In this document: in pieces, positions 1 through 10,709 of the stretch | How positions within the stretch are numbered: position 1 is the first letter of the stretch | Layout of the letters: every line of letters begins with the position of its first letter | Assembly: GCA_000934665.2 (NCBI GenBank) | Contig: JYFJ02001409.1 | Location: 61,216 to 81,215 of the forward strand | DNA length: 20,000 nucleotides | Direction of reading: 5' to 3' | DNA from: Catajapyx aquilonaris | Lineage: Eukaryota | The notes under the pieces: model-generated | Told to the model about the DNA's origin: nothing | Seen by the model: the letters and a program-made list of their open reading frames with translations, nothing else | The model's database searches: none | Program-made: the position numbers and the translations under genes

Positions 1-606
1 CGTCAGGATCAATCGTATTAGAATATTCAAAGAAGTCTTATCGCTCTCGCTTTTGCTTCAGGTCCTATGTTGATTTCGATATGAATAACGTAAGACTGTA
101 CTTCACGCTTAGTTATGTGCTGCATAGCCGCAGCCACAGGCAGTTCACGTTGATAACTCGTGGCGGTATGTTAATACGAGCGTATTTCCTCCAGATTTGC
201 CAATACTTTGATTACGTCCTACTCATATATTATTTCCCACTCTAAACATTAGTATGCAGTAAACATTAAAATATTCACAAAGGGCGGTGTAAAAAAAAGC
301 ACTTCATGGCTACAGGCTTATTCAAACAGTTTTTTCCCAAACGTTTCCAGAATCCTGAACCCTCGAGTAGGCCATTTCGCTTTTAGCTAGTCTGATATTG
401 CACGTGCTCCATGTTTCCACCCTTTTTGGAGTATGCAAGGTGCACGATCCCTTCTCGCTTTCATAATTTTTGGCAACCAGTCATGTGTGTCTGCAGTGAG
501 GAACACTCTTGAAAAGTCATTTTTCTCATCTGTTGTCCTCCTCACAGGTATTCAAATTATTTCGGTTAAATTTTTTAATACTTGGTACATTTTGTACTTT
601 GTACAT

Positions 607-709
607 ACTCAAAGGGACTAATATTATATTTGGAAGATTTTTATAGACCTATATGACACAAATGCACTCAATCTAATATTAGAATGTCAATATAGACTAC
701 TTATGACAC
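607..709 (+). repeat. Degenerate two-copy tandem duplication (copies about 53 and 44 bp)
   Basis: Four blocks recur in the same order: actcaa (607/666), ctaatatta (618/673), tatagac (642/691), tatgacac (652/702). The spacers between blocks differ. Confidence 0.55.
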
Positions 710-833
710 TGACGAAAGTGAGAATTCAGAATTGCTTGAAAAAAGTTTTCCAAAAACCCTACATAGAAGCATTCTGGCGAAATAAAATGTCATGGCGATC
801 GAATCGGGTTTTTTGTTGTACCATGGCAGAAGA

Positions 834-863
834 TTTCAGGATTCTCTGTCGAGAATCTTGAAA
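834..863. repeat. Inverted repeat / hairpin, 13-bp stem with one G-T pair and 4-nt loop
   Basis: tttcaggattctc (834-846), loop tgtc, then gagaatcttgaaa (851-863). 12 Watson-Crick pairs plus one G-T pair. Confidence 0.7.
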
Positions 864-1433
864 ATATCATCCTTTTCCAACCGTGTTATGCCTCCAGCCC
901 GATTCAGCCCTATATAAACATCATCATCATAACGACATCCCTGTGTACTGAATGTTAACATCTTACCCCCGAAGCCAAGCATGACTTTGACAAATGTGCC
1001 GCAATGCTTTTAACTCTCTATCTATATAAAATTACAAACGTGTCCGCATGCGACCACATAAAGTACCACTTAGCTGTAATTACTGACTGCTTAATTATGT
1101 ACTTTACACTATACGCCATGGACTCTGAACATGCCCGGAGCCCTACTTATCTAAAGTTGCACGTAACTACCTAAGTAATCTGATTTACCTTTTTGTACCA
1201 GGTCATTTAGCATTTGGTTGACAATATTAATTCCCCAGATCGCTTGCTGCAAACACTCATTAATATGAAAATTGCTTTCCAACTTTTTTTTGCCCAGCTT
1301 GCCAGTTCTCAAAAACTTCCCAGAAAAAGCATCAATTCCCCCCAAAAAAGTTTTCTGAAAATCCGGATGTCCAGAGCAGGTCTGTCAGATTCATCGTGGC
1401 CATCTGCAAGGCAAAAGTTGTTCGTCCTGGAAT

Positions 1434-1453
1434 CCCCCTCCCCCCCCAGCCCC
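1434..1453 (-). other. C-rich tract, potential G-quadruplex on the minus strand
   Basis: The + strand reads C5-T-C8-AG-C4. Four G3 tracts are possible on the minus strand only if the 8-nt run is split in two. Confidence 0.4.
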
Positions 1454-3895
1454 GGCCTGCTCACTTATCTAATCTGGTCTGTGTCGTGTACCACCGCCGA
1501 GGAACATCGACTTTTATGACAGGCGAAAGGGAAATATTTGTCTCCCAGGGCAAGTTCGCCTTAACAAAGTTCCGCAGCCTGGAATCAATACAATCCTGCG
1601 CGCTTTGCCAGAAGAGCTCTCGTAGAAAGGAAGCCTCATTTTCATGCCAACTTTGCTTGCCACCTTTGCCTGCCCAACTCTCATTCCCGCCAAAAATCAG
1701 GACTTTGCCCTCCATGACACTTCTATCGCCTACAATTTTGTTGAGGGTTCTAAAGTGGGCTCTAGATGTTGATCAATGCGGTTCCAAGTGATCCAAAATG
1801 GTATGGGCATGACACGTGCGCTGTAATTCTGATGCAAATGACGTCGTATTATGGTCAATCAAAAAGCGTACCGTACTAATAGCCGAGTACAGGACCAGGC
1901 CTAATGGATGCCAGGGATTATGCTGAAAAACTACAAAGCATGTTCCAAATGCCATAGTAATGCGATACATTAGAGCCAATTACCACGAGCGCTCGAGTCA
2001 AGCTATTCCTATTATATTGTTTTTTTTTTTACTTATGCACAGGCATAGTTGTCAATTTGTCATTTTAATTTTGCGTCATTAATTACGGATGACAGGAGGC
2101 CTGAATTAGTTTCATAAGATAGAATAATATGATTACAGAAACAGTTTGATTTTTCCCCCCTCTCAAAATTGCGTACAATAATGTGATCACCGTTTTCGTA
2201 TGTGTAACATGAGCCATACTCAATCACACTTGAGAGTATGTAGCCTTCACTCGTACAGGAAGTGTTGCAACCAAAACAAGTTCCTATCGCACGAGAGGTC
2301 AGTAATAGCAGACTTTAGGAAGACTTACGAGCTTCCTAACGGCAAAAGTCTCATTTATCACAGGGTGCGCAGCAGTAATACGATATTGTTGTTCGTGTAT
2401 ACCTGCACTGGGCCAACATGTGGTCGTTTTACTGCCGAACTCTCACCCTTTGGGTGTAAAAAATGGGGTAAGTTAATACGTGCCGGCTGCACCCACCCAG
2501 CTTGAAGATTCCTTTGGCTTCACATTTCTAGGTCAAGGGGGAGTGAATATTATCTAAACGTTCCTTTCCTCTGATCTAACGTGCTGACAGCATATACGAC
2601 ATAAATGAATGGTTGCAAGTATTGAGGGACATTTTTTCACTACCTTTGCGTTGAAAGCAAAAGCGTGTTGGTGATGCTTATACGTGCAATTACATATACG
2701 AAATGTCGACACATGGGTGCGCTGCTTAATAATTCTTGCATAAGCCGCACCTGTGTTTGCGACAACATTCTAACAGGTCGGACCGCCTGTAATAAAATGT
2801 CCCAGTATCGACCTATCTGCACTAGTAACTTACATAATTATGTAAAATATGGCGCTGCAGGGTGTGCATAATTGGCTATGAGTATTGTACATACTATAAG
2901 TACGAATAAGTGTAATAGCCATGTCTTTAGTGGAACTAATGGCTCTCAGCTTATCGCTCCTTGTCGTATTTGATTTTCTGACCCAAGTGTCACTTGTCAG
3001 CTGTCACCAGCATCCTGCCTCTAAAAGTTTTCCGCACGGTTCATTATTTAAGGTTACGAACCTGCCTCGAAACATCGATTCAACCTGGATTCAAGCCTGG
3101 AAAGGCGTGCTGGGAGTCGACTGGATGGGCCCGTTGGAAAAGGAGCTTACGTGAAATTTTTTACCAAAAGTAGAAAAAAAATCGATCTAACCAAAAAGCA
3201 TTGCTTTGATCTATGAAATGCAGTGGTAGCCATTGGGGAGTGTCGTTTAAATTTTTTTGTTATCTTTTCGCAAGACAGGTTCTATGGACCATATCAGAAG
3301 AGATCTTCGACCATACTTCAGATCAACAGTGGCCAAGTGTTGCTATTGCTTAATGAGACTTTCGCAGGTGGATCGAATTGTTAATTACATCCCATCAAAT
3401 GAAATAACAATATCCTTGTCCTCATTGGACCATCTTACAGTATTAATTTTGGCGGGACTAGGGTGCGTCCATATGACGTTCTATGGCAACATTGCACGCG
3501 AAGACCAAGGGCGTACTATTGGGGTCCCTTTGCGCCAGGGAAACGTAGACACGCGAGAAAAATATAACACCTTATAAAAGATGCAACAATTGAACCAGTT
3601 TGCATGGAATGGGGCTCAATAACATGAATTATAAAAGCCGGCAGCATCGGTATCGCACTCTTCTAGCCGTTAACTAGGTCAATATAAATAAACAAAATAA
3701 ATGGCTTAATAAGACCAGAGATTGACCGTCGAGTGTTTGCAAAAAAGACAGGCCTACTCGATATAATTGCGGGCATTTTTGACCTCGGAATTATTTTGGT
3801 AAAATATGCATCGCGTGCCATTAAGCGAATAAAAGAGTGGATAGCACATTAGTAATAAATTCTAGACCAAAAATGACACTGTTTGACCAAACGTC

Positions 3896-3943
3896 TTCAT
3901 CCTTGCTGGCAACACCCCTGCTATTCATCTCCGTCTGGCAACA
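3896..3943 (+). repeat. Short degenerate direct repeat (about 28-29 bp period)
   Basis: ttcatccttgctggcaaca (3896-3914) versus ttcatctccgtctggcaaca (3924-3943). Confidence 0.5.
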
Positions 3944-4312
3944 GTGATCTTACGGGTGTACCGGATAGGTTTCCAGCGGTAGATAGATGCACATCGATTT
4001 CCTTCCCGAGCCCCAGAATTTTGAGCTAATTTGGTGGCAAGGTGTCGACGCAGGCGCAATCACCGCTCTGAGTCTTGTCGTTAATGGAATTAACCAACGA
4101 ACTCGCACGTGGGGAAATATCTGCCAAAGAGTGACTGTTTGCTTCCACATGGGGATTTACTCCCATTTAATTACATCACAATAATTATCCACCACCTGTA
4201 AGGAATCATCAAATCACCTGTAATTTCCGCAATTTGAAACTTTTTTTCAATTGAATTATTTCATCCCCATTTTATCTCCAAGGTTGCCAGACAATGGATG
4301 CTGGGACACCCA

Positions 4313-4347
4313 TCTCTCTCTCTTTCCCTCCCTCTCTCCCTCTCTCT
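4313..4347 (+). repeat. CT-rich low-complexity tract (imperfect (CT)n microsatellite)
   Basis: 35 consecutive pyrimidines: tctctctctctttccctccctctctccctctctct. Confidence 0.85.
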
Positions 4348-7300
4348 GCACCGCACTGCAGACTGCAGTGGCGCGGATCCACGTGCGCTTGCCCTGTTCC
4401 TCCATAGCATTTTTCACTCATTCCATGCCCATCCTTCACGGGCAGACCAAAGGAAAACTTCCTAATGGAAACGAATAACATTGCTTATTATTTACCGGAA
4501 GAGCGCTTTTTTGTTTATATAGCCTAGAGTGGGCCATACTTGCAATGAAGCTCTTTTCTTAGAGGACAACCCAGGCGTGCTGGTACTTCCTGAAGCGTGC
4601 TACAGCCTACTTACATTGGGCAAAAAAAAACTTAGGACAGCTACCTCTAGAGAGACCACGATAAAAAGGAGTTTGTCCTTGCTAAGGCTAATAAGGTAGG
4701 ATCAACTACGTCTGTAATAAACGGGGTAGTAATTGCAATTTGAGCTCTAACCTTCCAACCACCACAATTTGTCTCGCTTTAGTCTCATTAGGTCTACTTC
4801 TTGGAAAACCCTGTTTTGTGCGCGTGTATCTCAGAGAAGCTCGACACCCAACTCGAGTATTAATTAGCGCTGTAAAAAAAATACGGATATTTTTACACGG
4901 TGCATTTCATTAAGAAGACCTTAACGAGCAAGCGGAAATGTTACCTCTTGCACACACACAAAAAATAGTAGTTTTTTTACTCCCAGTTCGCTCGATATTT
5001 GATGCGAAGGACATTTCCACTATACGAAACTAGAATTGGTTGGCGACAAACGTTCCCTCAGGTATATACCAACATTTTCTTTTTTTTCCGTATATGGTAA
5101 CGACTAGCAGGGAGTTACAGTCATCTCGGATTTCTCACCGAACAAAAGCAAAGTTGGGGATAAATATTGGCCCCACGTGAATGGACCCGGAGCCGTATTT
5201 AATTGGTTTTCCACCTCACGTGCCAACTTCGTTGGAAGTTGTGGCTTCTAACGCTTTCTCGGGTAACTTGACCTCCGATGAATATTAAGCGATTCGGCTC
5301 CGATTTTCTGTGATTTTGCGACATTTGCGACGGGGTACGGCGCCAAAATGTATTCATCGACTGAAGGTTGATTTGGGCCAATCAGCAAAAGCCAGTTGCG
5401 TTTCTGGCCTGTTTCACGCTACAAAACTGCGGAAATCACCACCAATGATATGGTTCTTAATGATGACTGATTTGTTACAAATGTGACGTGAGTTGCTTGT
5501 TTTAATAGCATCAAATCTGGAATGTTGCAAACGTGTTCAGGGGGATTAAGGTATAGGGGGGGAAAAAAACGGAAGCTGGGGATGTGGAGGGGAGGGTTAC
5601 TATTGATCAGCGGAACCTTTGTTTTAGATGGCACAGCGACAACTGGCATTCCGCTGTGGTGTGGTTCCAATGACGCCAGGCTCCTGCAAAAAGGGCCAAT
5701 GCCTCTTTTGTTCTTTGTGCTTAACATAATGAACCGACATTTTTTTTGTCCCTCTGGTGTAGACTAATTCTTTACCACGGGAGTCATACAGTACCATGCC
5801 TGCAGTACAGAGTGGACCCATGCGGAATACACAAATAGGGCATTTGCATGTTTGCTCTTAAAGGGTTAATTAGGTAATTTGACAAAATAAATGTGGGGAA
5901 ATGTGCAGGTAAGAGTTGCTGAAGAAGAGTGTTTCATAATACGGCATGACGTTGACAATGCACCAATCTGACGGTTTGTCAGGGAAAATATGAAAAGCGA
6001 TGCTGTCTCTCTGTGCTGGCACAAACCCAATGGAGTATACCACTGTCATTGACATTAAAGCCAATCTCAGCGCTCTTGGAGCGCTTATAAAACATTTACA
6101 AACTGTCACGGTACGGGCAGTGTAATGGAACTTACTGATGATGTTCACTGTTAAGGTAACATGGCATTGGATTAATGAAAATCGTAACGCATAAAACCAA
6201 CTTGGACATAAAGGAAAATGAACTATAACCACTATACTTTTTCATGACATTAGTCCAAATAATCTAACTTAGCACCAGTTAGCCCTTGGGCCAGCGCAGA
6301 TAAAGCCAGGAATAGAGCATTTTCCACATCGAAAGGTTTAGTCAGCATCGTTTCCCTCCCAGATATTATGCGGCTACATGTAAATTCCATTCCCATGGAG
6401 CGGCAAATAAAACCTGCATTACCCGAAGCCATGTCATTTGCACTGCATATGTGCCCTCGTTGTTGATGCAACTTGCAAACTAACGGTGTCAGCTGTGTCC
6501 CATCCACCGGGGAACACTTGACTCTGCTCCGAAATCCGGAACAACTAGGTCCATCCATATCTGCATATCTGAATACGTTGCCAAACTATCACCCTGGTTT
6601 CCTCCTGTCTGGACCAGCACAAAAGCGCCAGTATGCAAATTTGCACCAAGATTGACGTCTGATGCGACACTGACAGATGTCCAGCCCCGAAACTGTCAGA
6701 TATCCGTCTGCTAACTGCTCATATAGCAGCTGCTCCCAAGGGTGGTTACCTACTATTCGTAAACAACACATGCCCGGACTTGACTTTTAACGGACCCTAT
6801 GGTAATCACCATCACCTTTTTTGTTCACAATTTTCTTTTCCATGTCCGCTGGTTAAAAGTTCATCTCCGGCAGACACAAATGACCAAGATTGCAAGTGGT
6901 TTTCTTCATTAGTGAGGACATGGGTGGCTATAGGTGTTGGGGGTGGCCATCTTGGGACAACCTGAGCTAGAGACGGTGATGGCCTTTCCGGCACAACCAG
7001 CTTCATTTTCGAGGGAAGCCTAACTAGAAAATTGCAGACCGGGCTAACAAATTGGACGCAAAGTAAATTGGTGGCTAAAGAAACGTTGTAAGCTGCTTGC
7101 TGTGCCGGGGCTTCCCAAAGTAAGTGCAAGAGGTTGGCCTAGGGGGGACTCCTAACTAGGATGTACTGTAGTCTTGTGGACTTCCTATGGTGCAAGCCAT
7201 TTGCCATTTTACCTGATTACCAAGTAACTTTGAAATACAGGCGAGATTTGCATTTCGAGTCAATCACAGATGTGGCTAAGCTTCTTACACTCATCTTGTT

Positions 7301-10300
7301 CCTCTTTGATCCAGTCCTGAGTTGTACAGTACTTAGCATCGGTTACGCAGGGTATGGATAATCTATGGTGTGTGTTGAGTTTTCCCATAACGATTAGAAT
7401 CACTACATCAGAGTTCACCACTTTTTGCATGAGAAAGCTGCCGACATTGAGTGCTTGGTAGATTTCCCTCGGTACCTCCTAAGAACATCTTGCAGTATTT
7501 TGATAGCGCGATTTTATCTATGCATACAAGACAGCCCGCTACCAACTCCTTACCTCCGATTAAAATTTCAGCTGGATTCCTACCTGCACGACCACAGAGA
7601 TGAGTACTGGTTAGTTTGTTCTAAGCAGTAACCCGCGAAGGCCGGATAGTTGGATATATGAAGTGGCCTATAGCAACGATTTCATCTACAAAAGCAGTCG
7701 GAACTTTTAATATAACAATACACTAATTATACGGCCCAGCAGCACAAATGATGACAAGTGATTTCATTGTCATAATTCTGAATTTCGCTGGCCCACAACT
7801 CTCACCGTCGCTCATGCATGTTCACTCAGAGATATCATAATATTACCATCTGAAACGGGTGTGGCATATGGTCAATTGAAAGCCATGTCCCTATATACAT
7901 ATACTGCTATTCCGCTGAAGCGCTGGAGTATTGATTAATATTGCTTCCTTACACACTGATTAATAAATCTTAATTCCTTTACGGTGCACTCCGTATAATA
8001 AACCTGGAAGCGATGAACCCCAACAAAAGAAGAAAGCACGACCCGCTCGCGACTCTACGCAGTAAATTGAGCATAGCATCATTATTCTCATATATTTCGG
8101 CCCCATTGTTTAGAAAAGACGTAACTTTCCCGGGGTAATAAATATGCATAAGCTTAATATTAGGCCCTGTGCAGGAAGGCAGTTTCTGAAGATAATTCTT
8201 GCTGCTCCGCTACAACAACCGGTCTTAAGAACTATTATGCGGTTTTAAGCAATGTGGTAACAGCAGGCAGCACTCGCCCCAATTTATGTACACATAAAGC
8301 TGCTTAATTTACATAATGGATGCTTCCTTTGGAAAACACAGTATGGGTTACATTTACTGTGTGAATGTCTCCAGGCGAAGATTTTTCCGCTTCCCGTAAC
8401 GAGGAACTTGTGTTTACTTACACTGTTAGTCGATGACGACGGCGCCGGCCAAAGTGCTATGGGACCTCCCAAAGTCCTTACAGCGTTACTTGTTCTGAAA
8501 TTCAAATGAACGCTGGCATTAGTATTGTTCAGGCTGCTAGTAGCGCATGCTCCCTTTATTTCCGTAAGACTCTGATTTAATGTCAACATATCTGCCGATC
8601 AATTCAAGGGGTGACAATATCTGGACCCTGCACAAGCTGGGAGAGGCAATGACTTCCTATATCCACCAATTAGAGGCTCTCGAGGTAATTGGCTCTCGAA
8701 GATAATAATGGGGCTTCATCAGCTTGGCGAGATGCCGGGTATCATTATAATATCGAGTAAGCCATAAACGCCTGACCGTTTTATCGGTGGGGTTACAGCA
8801 CTACTTATGTACACTGCAGGCGTTTGGGCAATTAATTGGGAGACTTTGAGGGTTCACAACCCTCCGTTCGCTAACTTCCAAATTCGCTGGGTTTCACCTC
8901 AACAACCGGGAGCTAGTACAGCAGGTCATGACACCCAGGCACAGGAGAAATTCAGTGTCGGAGTGACAACAGTATACGGCCCATCAGGACGTACACGTCT
9001 CGGTTTACAAGTGTTTGCGTCTAGAAGTCACCTGGTACAAGTTCAGCAAACCAAGACGGTTGACATTCCATTGGACCCAGGCTCTTAATTAACCTAATGC
9101 ATCCTTTAATGAAGCGAGGTCACTAATCACCACAGAACGATACACGGACCAGTGTTGCTTTACACCAGCAGACGGATCGTTAGAAGAAGAGGAAAAAATA
9201 CGAAGCAGGGAACATCCTACCTGCAGGTTTCTGTCGAGGCTACTAACTTAAATTTCCCCAAGGATCCTTGCTTCCGTGCTCCAGTGGCCAACTTCAGTCA
9301 GGCCTAATGATGCATGAAATCCCGGGCTTCAAACGTACTTTCTCAAAGCGCCTGAGAAACGTCACATCAATTAAGTGGACACATTCACCAGAGTCGTGCA
9401 TAACTATCCGATACGTAGAATGCAGCTAATTAATCATCACAATTCACCATTAATTACTTCAGACAACCGGTAATTTACGGGATTGTTGCCGCTCTAGAAA
9501 TGCGGCAACGCCTGTTAAGTATGCATGTTATGCTGTTCATATCGCTTTGGATAAAGTTACAACTTTCACTGATTCAGTGACACAGCTAATGAATTGTGTA
9601 TACTGGAAGTATAGTTTGGACATCATTTCACTAACCTCTTGACTGAAATTTAATAATGCACTCGTTAGATTTTATAGGTAGCCTGCAGTTGTAGTCTATT
9701 GAAACAGACAATAGTGGGCGCAGTATTCATGCAAATTTTTACGAGCTGGAAGGCCCTCTATTCGTCGAATTTACCGGAACAGAGAAATATGCTTTCCTCG
9801 TCGAAGCATGTTCCTATTTGTGTTTTCACGAACAGCGCACTTTTTGAAGTTTTTGCGCTCTTTAATATATATGTTTTGCCCCTTTGAGGTCGACTGAGAG
9901 TAATTTGTAGGTTTTCGTTTGTTGTGAAATAGGTTCATACATTATATCTCTATTACGGCCGAAAAGAATGTCACATGAAACAAAAAAACAAAGACAAAAA
10001 CTGCCTGAAATTCGCATTTGCATTCCCTATAATAGCGTCATATGTTCCGCCTCCTACAAGGATGATAACAAGCTCCATGACTATGTAGAAAACAATTGCA
10101 TGTGTTGCTTAGCATGCCAAACACTTCAGCCCCCTATTTTGTCGCTAAAGGCATGGTAATAGACACCACATTATACGGGATAGTAACTAAGGCGTAAAGG
10201 AGTCTTGGAGCTTGACAGTAACGTGACACGGTTACACTTTGAGCTATTATTTATCCTAAAAATATGGTAACTACTCCCGACCATTTTACCTGAAAAGGTC

Positions 10301-10525
10301 AATTACCCTATGCTGCTACTTGTAAAACATCACTCCCTCATACACCAAAGAAACGCCTTTCCCCACACGATAACTCCTGGCCAAAATGGCGTAAACTCTT
10401 CATTTTCTATCTGGACAAACGAGCGTATTAACGAACCAAATGCATTTTGGCTCAGCACCGGAAACCACATATCAAGCACACTCAGTCCCTTGAAACCTAA
10501 CCCTGTAAATCTCTCCCACCTTCAC

Positions 10526-10542
10526 AAAAAAAAAAAAAAAAA
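10526..10542 (+). repeat. Poly-A homopolymer (A17)
   Basis: 17 consecutive A, the longest homopolymer I saw in the window. Confidence 0.95.
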
Positions 10543-10696
10543 GTCTGTGGAGTTAGGTGGTGCGCGTCGGATCCATCAGCGCGTGCGGTGGAGCGTCATT
10601 AGGACGAAATGGGTCCAACGCGTCGGAACCGAACAAAGTGACCACACCTTACATTCCAATTGGGGCTTGGGCTTCGATTTGGCAGTCTGGCCCATT

Positions 10697-10709
10697 CCCN
10701 GGGGGGGGG
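10697..10709. other. Ambiguous base (N at 10700) between ccc and G9; possible assembly or sequencing uncertainty
   Basis: The sequence reads ccc-N-ggggggggg. It is the only N I saw in the window. Confidence 0.9.

Noticed and set aside
1151..1979. Overlapping ORFs of 64-131 aa, several Pro/Ser/Leu-rich
   Set aside because: The amino-acid bias comes from C-rich low-complexity DNA. There are no domains, and several starts are not ATG.
3173..3186. Match of (a)7tcgatc to about 18198-18210
   Set aside because: The match is mostly a poly-A run and does not extend.
8675..8699. ggctctcga repeated with 16-bp period
   Set aside because: Only two 9-bp copies; this is not an array.
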